32,255 bases of DNA from Sminthopsis crassicaudata. Taxonomy: Eukaryota. Positions within the stretch are counted from its first letter, which is position 1, and every line of letters starts with the position of its first letter. The notes beneath the pieces were generated by a model that made no database searches, was not told the origin of the DNA, and saw only the letters and a program-made list of their open reading frames with translations. The DNA is taken from NCBI RefSeq assembly GCF_048593235.1, contig NC_133619.1:3114454-3146708 (forward strand), written 5' to 3'. This document shows positions 1 through 9,400 of this stretch, in pieces. Position numbers and translations under genes: made by a program.

Positions 1-1689
1 AGTGCAAGCCATCAGTCTGGGTGTTCTTGCCGTTGCTAGTCTTCGTCAGCTAATTCCTCAGGTTCATTTTACCCAGTAACATTGACCAGTTTTTATAAAA
101 GAATATTTACTTCACATATATAGCAAGAAGAGAAGTGTAAATATGTCGTGCCGTTTCCCCCGACCCCAACCCCGGGGACGGGCACAATCTTTCCTATACC
201 CCTTGGCTAGCAGAATGGCAATCTATCCCATGACCAGCAGGATGGAGCCAGTTGTATCATGCTCCAGATTGGGGGCAAGGAAGTTCCATTCTATGCCATT
301 GTGCTCTTCCTCAGCCTCTGTATCAGCTGCTCAGCCCATCCTTCCTTTGTCATTACAGATTGCTATAGATGGATTTGACTGAGAGAGATAGAGATAGAGA
401 TGATACATTAATTAAGAGCTTAACATCTGCCAGGTATTGTGCTGGAGAAACAATACAAAGAGAGCGCCATTCCCTGACTCTTAAGTAGCTTATTTCTAGT
501 AGGGGCCAGCATATAATGGTGAGGGAGTGTGTGTGTGGGGGGGGGGAAGGGAAGGTACAAGGCAACACAAGGCATTTTCTTCTTTTTTATGATTTACAAA
601 CACTTTGTGAAATGCTGTTCTGAAGCATCCCTGGCCAAGAGAACTTTAAATATGGAGGCTTGAAGTTTTTTTCAGGCTGTACTTTTAAGTTAGGTTACTT
701 AGCCGCTGTTCTCTTAGTGAACCCTGAGTCTCTCTCTCCTCCAGAGAAGGAGGAAACGTTGAAAAAAAAACATGATTAAAAATTAGTCCTGGAATCAATC
801 ATTGAGCCCGGTAACTCGAGTTTAATCCCTTTACTATGCTATTATAACAGCAAATCGATCAGCATTTCCTGAAACTCTACCTTTGTGACTCCAAGGCTGA
901 GAAGCAAATATTTGTTGAGTTGAATTAGATTGAACAGACTCTCACAAGCGGGACGAACCCAGTTGCCAGATTTGACTGATGGGCAATGATTGCTTGGCAG
1001 GAGGATGGGTCTGCCCGGCTCACCAGACCTGCGAGCACCTGCATTTCTCTGGCACAGCCGGACCTGATCTATATTTGAGACTCAAGTAGGCATAGCCAAG
1101 CTCAGAAAGGACTGGACGGGCCTTCCGCGTCCCCAAAGCCAGATCCAGACAACCTCACACACCCAGGCTCACCTCTGGGCCTTGGCCTGCTCTGGCTCGT
1201 CTACCCCTTTTTTATACCCACGGGCCCTCCCTCTCTGTCTCTTTCTTAACTTCCCAGTTCCGTCCCTCCACTTCGAAAGCCCCTTCCCCAGCTACAGGCT
1301 CTGGCTTCCGGCCCCTCTCAATCTGGAGAAGAAAGAAAGGACTGTGTTGACACACAAGCACTAAATCGATAGGAGGTCTCATTACTATAATTATAACATT
1401 TTACAGGCTAATCTATGGGATTTCTGCAGCATTGCAGATGAATAAAGGGGAGAAGAGTCCTGGGTGACACATTCTTGTGGATTTGTTTCTAGGGGAAATG
1501 CTTCCTCAGGATCAAATGGACATTATGGAGAAAAGGCCACTTATAAAGTGATTCTGCCTGTCCTGGGCATGGACTAAACAGAGGGATTAAACCAAGCCAA
1601 AATTCTCTTTTGTGTTCAGTCTTGCGTTTCCCTAAGGGGGCCAGTCTCAGTATTGCACAGGGAATACTGGGACATAAATTCACTGAGAG

Positions 1690-2110
1690 GACCCAAATTC
1701 AGCTCTCCAAATATGATGTGATGGACGTAACTGTTGAGCAGAGAAAGGTTCGGAGAGCTGGAAGCTCAATGAGACAATTACTAGAATAGTCCAGGCAAGA
1801 GGAAGTAGGAGATTGAGCTGGGAGTGTGGATGGGGAGGGGGAAAGGGATTTATATAGAAGATGTCAAGGATGAAGAGGGGACAAAGCTTGGGAACTGACT
1901 GGAAGTGGAGCTGGAGTAAAGAATGACTCTCAAAGCCCAGGTTTTCTTCAGCAGAAAAGTGAAGGATGGTCAGAGGAGGGGAGAGTTTGGACCAAAATAT
2001 AGCGAATCCTGTGTTAGACATTGGGAGTTGGAGATGCTGACGGGACAGTCAGTCAGAGATGACCAGAGAGCTGGGGCATTGTGGGACTAGAATTCAGAGA
2101 AAGATGAGGG
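1690..2110 (-). mobile_element. LINE-2 (L2) 3'-region fragment, degenerate
   Basis: Purine-rich tract with recalled L2 antisense landmarks (atagtccaggcaagag, gaatgactc, gacattgggagttggagatg). Boundaries approximate. Confidence 0.6.
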
Positions 2111-2139
2111 GGAGGGGGCAAGCAAGTGGAACTTATTGG

Positions 2140-3290
2140 GCACCCGTTGCATGCCAGACTTTGGGCTATCTCTGGGGCTACAAAGGAAAAAATGAGGTTG
2201 TGCCCCCTGTCCTCAGGAAGGTGATGATGGAAGAGGTGAAACTACATGAATGTTGGGAGAGGGGGATGAGGGACAGTGCGAGAGCTGAAGACAAGGGCAG
2301 GGCCGCTGCAGTGTCTGCTGCTTTTGTCTCTGTCTTTTTCTTTCTGTGATTGTGGGAGACCAACGTGGTTGTGGGCACCAAAAAGGAGCCAGAGAGAGAA
2401 AAGAAGGCAATGTGGAGGGGGAGAAGAAAGGAACCTCCCTACTGAGGGAAGCTGGAGGGGGTCAAAGAGCCCAGGGGGTCCATCTTGTCCAAAAGAAGGA
2501 GAAGGATCCCCTCTGTTAGAAGCTGGAGCAAAGGGAGGCTGGGTGCTGCTGCCGGGGAGCTTTGGATGGGGATTGGATGTGAGCTGTCAGGCAGAATATG
2601 GAGCCTTCAAAGGAGGTTTGCTTAGGAGAGGAGAGGATGGAGTCCTCCTCCAGAGGAAAGGAATCGGGCGAGCCGTGAAGGGCTGAGAAGAGGAGGGCTG
2701 AGATGAGTGCTGTGGAGGGTCTGAGAGTTTGGCGAGACCAAAGGGACCGCCCGATGGGATGGAGGCGTGGCAGGGGCTAGAAAGCACAAAGGGCTGTGGA
2801 CCATTGGACCATGATGCCGGGGAGGCGATGCCTGCATGTGCAAGTGAGTTGGATTGGGGGGGGCCGGCACCGGCCGCAATTTCTCCTCCAGAGCCAGCTG
2901 AGTCCATGAGATAGTGATCAAAAACTACAGCGTTTGCAGGTGTGGGATTATGGGACTTCAACGGCAGTAGGAGCAGAAACGAGAAGCCAGATGGGGGGGA
3001 AGCCTGGGTAAGGTCACGGTGCTGTGAGGTGCTTTCCAAAGACAGCCGACTTTGTGGTGAAAGAAGGTGAAAGGGAAGTGAAGGAGTCTGGGACAGCAGT
3101 AGTTTGTCCCGGAAACCAGGGATTCCAGAGGGGGCGAGAGAACAGGATGGCGGAGGAGGAGGCAGAATGGAGAGGGCCGGGGCTTGGGTGGTGATGGTGC
3201 TGGGGACACCGGGCCAAAGGAGGGAACAGAATGTTTGATTCCTCAGCAGAGGCTGCCTTTGAATCGCCCAGAGAGCAGAAACAGGCAGTG
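2140..3290 (-). mobile_element. LINE-2 relics (3'-end piece plus decayed ORF2 region)
   Basis: 2140-2230 resembles the antisense L2 3' end. The reverse complement of about 2850-2990 resembles the recalled L2 ORF2 segment ggctggagaaaatc (WRKS). No intact ORF. Confidence 0.5.
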
Positions 3291-3339
3291 GGAGAATCCT
3301 GACCCTCTAGAGTTGACCTTTTAACTTTGAACTCCACAG

Positions 3340-3412
3340 CAATCGGTCAATCTGCACAACCTTGTGGAGGACCACAACAAGATCCAGGCCACGATCCACA
3401 CCAAGGAGGAGG
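3340..3412 (+). CDS. ATP13A5: ATP13A5 exon (73 nt, phase 0 to 1): [24 protein letters not shown](G)
   Basis: Acceptor ctccacAG ends at 3339, donor GTaggg at 3413. Similar to recalled human [19 protein letters not shown]. Not in the ORF track. Confidence 0.88.
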
Positions 3413-6400
3413 GTAGGGGCCTTTGCTTTTGGCTTACCTCTTTGTCCCACTTTGGGATTAGTTTCCACTTATGACACTGGTCTCCTCAATCTTCTGATTC
3501 ATAGTTCGCCCACCCCAACCTGAGCGCCCGGCTCCCAAGGCTCCTAACACATTACATTCACAGACGGTCCTAAATTATTTTGGTCTCCCTTCCCTGTTGT
3601 TTACCAGAGTATCTTCTCTCTCTGTCTCTTTCTATCTGTCTCTATCCCTCTCTCTCTTCTCTCCTTCTTCTCCCTCCCTCCCTCCCTCTCTCTGTCTCTG
3701 GACTTGGCTTCGGACCAAAGTTGCTACCGTAACATGGGTTGCTAACATGACGTAGGAACATCGTAATATAGCATAGTAACATAGGCCATTAGCCCAAGTC
3801 GCACTGAAGGGCGCCAGCAGTGGGTCTCAGAGGCAGAGGGGGGAGGCGGGGCCGCGATAACCAAGGGGTTATGTGCCGGGCCGCGGGGGGAAGCAGCGAT
3901 GGGGCCAGACTCAGAGCCTGAATCCTGAGCGTGGCTCCCCTGCGGCAGTGCCGCCTCTTGAGTTGGCGGAAGTGCAGTGGTAGGAATGGCGTTGGTGAGA
4001 GGAGTAGTGGCAGTGGGAGCAGTAGTAGTAGTAACCATGGTGCTGGTGATAGTAGTAGTAGTAACCATGGTGCTGGTGATAGTAGTAGCAGTAACCATGA
4101 TGCTGGTGATAGTTGTAGCAGTAACCACGGTGGTGGTGATAGTAGTAGCAGTAACCATGGTGCTGGTGATAGTAGTAGCAGTAACCATGGTGCTGGTGAT
4201 AGTAGTAGTAGTAACCATGGTGCTGGTGATAGTAGTAGTAGTAACCATGATGCTGGTGATAGTTGTAGCAGTAACCACGGTGGTGGTGATAGTAGTAGCA
4301 GTGACCATGGTGCTGGTGATAGTAGTAGCAGTAACCATGGTGCTGGTGATAGTAGTAGTAACCATGGTGCTGGTGATAGTTGTAGCAGTGACCATGGTGG
4401 TGGTGATAGTAGCAGTAGTAACCATGGTGCTGGTGATAGTAGCAGTAGTAACCATGGTGCTGGTGATAGTAGTAGCAGTAACCATGGTGCTGGTGATAGT
4501 AGTAGAAGTAACCGTGGTGCTGGTGATAGTAGTAGCAGTAACCGTGGTGCTGGTGATAGTAGTAGCAGTAACCGTGGTGCTGGTGATAGTTGTAGCAGTG
4601 ACCATGGTGGTGGTGATAGTAGTAGTAGTAACCATGGTGCTGGTGATAGTAGTAGTAGTAACCATGGTGCTGATGATAGTAGCAGTAGTAACCATGGTGC
4701 TGGTGATAGTAGTAGCAGTAACCATGATGCTGGTGATAGTTGTAGCAGTAACCACGGTGGTGGTGATAGTAGTAGCAGTAACCATGGTGCTGGTGATAGT
4801 AGTAGCAGTAACCATGGTGCTGGTGATAGTAGTAGTAGTAACCATGGTGCTGGTGATAGTAGTAGTAGTAACCATGATGCTGGTGATAGTTGTAGCAGTA
4901 ACCACGGTGGTGGTGATAGTAGTAGCAGTGACCATGGTGCTGGTGATAGTAGTAGTAACCATGGTGCTGGTGATAGTAGTAGTAGTAACCATGGTGCTGG
5001 TGATAGTAGTAGTAGTAACCGTGGTGCTGGTGATAGTAGTAGTAGTAACCATGGTGCTGGTGATAGTAGTAGCAGTAATAGTAACGGTAGCAGAAGTAGC
5101 AGCAGCTCACACTCATATGGATCCCACCCTGTGCCAGGCACTGTGCTAAGTGCTTTACAATTATTATCCCCTTCTAAATGCTAAACTACTTGTAGTGACA
5201 GATGCTCTTATTATGCTCACTTGGGGTCCCTAATACTGTGCCACCTCGGTGAGAATCTTCATTCTAGAGGTATTCAAATCCTTGGGATCTGAGGCTATAA
5301 CCAAGAGAAGTAGTACAGAGGGAGAAGAAAAGAGGACCCAGGACCGAAGTCTCTGGGGCATCCACAGTGACTGTCATGGCCTGACTTAGATTTGCATACA
5401 GGAAAGGAGGGGTCCAATGGCAAGAGAGGGAGGTCCCCAAACTCTGCAGGAGCAGGTGATTGACCATGCCCAAGGCTGTAGAGATCTCAAGGGAACTAAA
5501 GAGAAAAAAGGGCACTGGGTGTGGCCCCTAAGAGATGCTCGGTAACTTGGGAGAGAGCCGCTTCGGTGGAACAAAGAGGTTGGAAGCCAAACCACAGGAA
5601 GCTAAGAAGTGAGGGAAGAGAGCGAGTGGAGGCGGGGACCGTAGATGGCTTTTCTAGGAGTTTTTGTCACAAGAGGAAGAAAAGATGTCAGATGGGGGGG
5701 GGGTGGAATGACCAAGGGAAGGGTTTCCGCAGAAGAACAGGGAAGGGAAGGAGACAAGTGCTGCTCTTGTAGCAGGAAAAGAGAAAGAACCAGTCGCTCA
5801 TTCACAGCGTGGCTTCCCCTCTTTATTGCCCAGGTCTGCAGGAACTTGAGTCCCGCCTCTTGGTACCCGGAGATATCCTTGTTCTGCCGGGCAAGTTTTC
5901 CTTACCATGTGACGCTGTCTTGATTGATGGAAGCTGCATCGTCAACGAGGGCATGCTGACAGGTACCGTTGGGAGAGTCGGGCCTCCTGTTTCCTGCCCG
6001 TGTTTCCTTGTAGCCCAATGCCGGCGATCTCCCTGGGATGTGTGAGCTGCTGCAGGGGCTGCAAAGGAGCCCCCAGCGGGGTCACTGTCTTCAGGGCGCC
6101 TCAGTCCATTTGGCAAGAAAGGGGTGATGGTAGCCTGGCCCACGAGGGCTGTCTGCGCGGACTCTGGGGAATCCGAGCTCACTGGGCCCTGGCCAACCCT
6201 GGCCTGGTTTGGTTCTTTGTGCTCCACTGAACACCCAGAGTGTGAGTGAAGACCCGCGGCCAGGCGGAAGATAAGCTTCGCAATCTCCATTTATTACTCC
6301 GAGTGCCCGGTTCATGGGCCTTTCAGGCCAGTGTTAGCACATTAGCTCCTCCATCGTATCCCTCCAGGGCTAATGCACCATCCACACGCTGACATTTCAG

Positions 6401-9400
6401 TATCCGAGACACTTATGACCGCAGAATTGCAAGCAGCCTCGCTGTGTGCTCGTCGGCATCCCCAGAACTGGAAATGGCTGTGATGTTTCGCCAGTGCCCA
6501 AGGACTTGTGGAGACAGTTGTAAAGAGCAGGAATGTTTGGACTGAGGGAGCTACCGCAAGTGCGTCTTCAATTCATCATTGAGGGATAAATAAGATAGTT
6601 CAAATGCCTTGTTTTGGTGGCTGGCGTTCTCCAGCAAGATTCTCCTGATTTGTACCAAATCTCTCTTTACAATGATTAGGGAGACAGTGAGCCAATATGG
6701 GCATGGGCCTGCTGGCCCTCTCCAGTTCTTGACCCCACGTTTCTGTAGAATCATGGAAAACTTGGAAAGAGTGGGAGCAACCTGGGTGCTTCCCAAAGGG
6801 TGCTCAGGAGGGCGAGGGATCTGATCAGCTTGGTGTAAGAGTGAGGCTGGTGTGAAATGAAGTGAAAACAGAAACTGCTCTGATCTCCAGGGTCCCGCTG
6901 CCACCTCCAGCCATCTACCTGGGAACCCTCATGCATAAAGGGGAGTTGGGAAGGAGGGAAGGACTGGTGGCCAGGCAGGGAGGGGGAAGGTCTGGTTCTG
7001 GATAAGATAAGGTGAGAGCTCATCTACCAGGACCCAGTATCCCAAGGACAGGTTTCCCTGGGGGAAGGAGGCAGAGGAAGAGGATGAGGAAGAGTCCATT
7101 GGACTCATAGTTATTTAACTATACTTAAATGATATGAACCTTCCTTTTCTCCTCCTTCTCTCCCTCCCTCCCTTTCTCCCTTCCTCCCTCCCTTCCTATT
7201 TGAGTGGAAAAAGGTGAGAGGGAGAAAATAAATGTACTTGATAACTTTCTTGCCAGCTGAAAAAGCTGTTGAAGAGAAATGGCTTCGATGTACATGTAAC
7301 ACATAGTATCATAATCAGACGATTCCCACCAAACACGGGCGGCGTCAGCAGGGGCTGATGTGGAAGAGGAAAGCCCACTTGAAACAGAAGAGGGAAAAAG
7401 TAGGATTCCCGAGTAGTGGGTAACCTGAACAGGATGCCATTTAGAATAATTCAATCTGCCCAACAGAGGAATTCAATTAATTTAAATTAAAACCAAACAT
7501 CCGAAGCAGCTACCAGATGCCAGGCATCTTGCTAAGTGCAGGGGATATAAATTAGGAAAAGACAGACAGTCCCTGGCCTTAGAGAGCTTGCCATCTAATG
7601 GGGAAGACCCAGTAGGGCGTGCTCTGCGTGGGAACTAAGGTCCGTGCAGTGGAACCCAAGCAGAGAAGGTGGTGGACCACGCAGTTACCTGCAATGCCGT
7701 TATGTTGCCTCTCTGAAGGAAGGCCTTGGGAAGAGCTGACTTCTCCGTCCTAAAGGTGGCTATCCAAGGGGAGAGTGACGATGCTTGGGGGTTGAGCATC
7801 AACGGCCCCGTCTCATAGTGATGAGATTGTAGGGGACTGGCCCATGTGGAGGAGGCAGGATGTTCTGCGGAAGCCGGACTGCTGATAGGAAAGGGAGCGT
7901 CCCCTGGGAACGGGCCCACTAATTTACCTGGTGACTTTCACATTCATTCTGTTGAACCCTGAATAATAACCCATAGCCGCCCCCTCTCCCTTGTCATTGG
8001 GACTGGAAAATTGAGTTTAAAAAAAGAGCCCAGGAAAAGTTGAAGCTTGGACCACTTTATATACCATTGAGTCAGACTCCAGTTGCTTTATCTCAATCCT
8101 TGCTCAATAATTCCCCCTCCTTTTGAGTATTGCCCTTCACCTTGCCGTCTCCTGTCTGTGACCTTCTTATCTTGACCCCTGTCCTGTCAGGATGAAGTTC
8201 TGATCCTTTCCTGGAATTATGGCTTATCTTCCCAGTGACCTCACCCCCCTTATCTGCTTTTGTTTCTCCTATAAGACTGTATTCTCAGGTTATATGTTCT
8301 GTTTGCAAACCCTAGTTAGCTAAAACCCTATATAAGTTCCCTGCCTCGGTTGATCTGGACTGAATGCTTTGGACAAGAGTCTCATGTGGTACATTAGCTT
8401 AAAGTCCACGTGAAGAACGAGAACCAATCTCTGCTTGCCTCGGTTTCTCTGTATCACAATTCATCTGGCACCTCTTATTTCATTCTAGTAGAATGTAGCT
8501 CCTTGAGGTCAGGCATTATTTCCCGTTTGTTTTTGATCCCCGTGCACAGGCCAGCTGGTCAATCAATAAGCATTTAATAACTTTTTACTGTGCACCGAGC
8601 ATTCCCCCTTCTCCTCAGCTTCTGGCTTACATCCACTTCCATCTTCCAAAATCTGGAAGCTACTTGGCTACGTGGAGGCGGCCTCCGGTCCTCGGCTACG
8701 CGGAGGCGGCCTCCGGTCCTCGGCTACACGGAGGCGGCCTCCGATTCTTGGCTACATGGAGGCGGCCTCCGATCCTCCCGCATTCCTTTACTTGCCTTTC
8801 TCTGAGAAATTATTCAGTTTCCTCCATTCAAGGCAGCTGGTAGCACAGTGGTTAGAGCATTGGGCATAGAGTCAGAAAGACTGAGTTCCAAAATAATCTG
8901 ACAATTATTAGGTGTGTTACACTAGACAAATTATTTCTAACTTCCATGGGCCTCAGTTTTAACCTCTGTAAAATGGTGTTATCGAGAGGGTCATTGTTCG
9001 GATCCAGTTTGGACTCATTTTTTTTCTGAGGTTCCTTTCGGTGATTGTGCGAGAGCCCTTCTCACTTTAGTAAAAAGCTCCACGGTTTAGCGTGTAGCCA
9101 GGATTGCTCTGGTTCTGTGGCCCTGCCAACACCTCCAGCTGCTCTGCAGATGGCCGGCACCCTGTGTTTCCAGGGCGGGCCCAGCAACCCTTCTGCTTCA
9201 GCTGGACCAGCAGGAGGCTGAGCGCCTCTTCTATTCCCTTGGAGCCTCCCAGGGGGCCTTTGAGCCAAGATAAAACCCCCAAGTGAAGAAGGTTATAGCA
9301 ATCATTTGCATCCTCACTGTCAACAACACTAAGAATTTCCCATCTTTATATGGTAAGCACTTTATTTTTTAAATAAACTTAAGTTCCCTTTTCTGAATCT

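Noticed and set aside
2-49. VQAISLGVLAVASLRQ as the preceding ATP13A5 exon (expected to end ..DLRQ)
   Set aside because: Followed by ctaatt, not a GT donor, and similarity is only superficial. The preceding exon is probably upstream of the window.
3789-5184. Five ORFs of 390-450 aa as annotated protein-coding genes
   Set aside because: All overlap the 30-bp minisatellite inside an ATP13A5 intron; the openness follows from unit composition. Kept only as hypotheses in findings.
5800-5833. Alternative upstream acceptor cacAG at 5806-5807
   Set aside because: It would add 26 nt and shift the frame, and it lacks a good pyrimidine tract.
7477-7490. Perfect AT palindrome ttaatttaaattaa
   Set aside because: Short and AT-only; expected by chance in 32 kb.
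7950-8458. Koala retrovirus (KoRV) LTR
   Set aside because: Similar length, but the sequence does not match my recollection of the KoRV LTR start (TGAAGGAGGCAGAAATC). Family left unnamed.
8666-8777. CRISPR array (28-bp palindromic repeats)
   Set aside because: Units are head-to-tail with no unique spacers, there are no cas genes, and the context is a mammalian intron.
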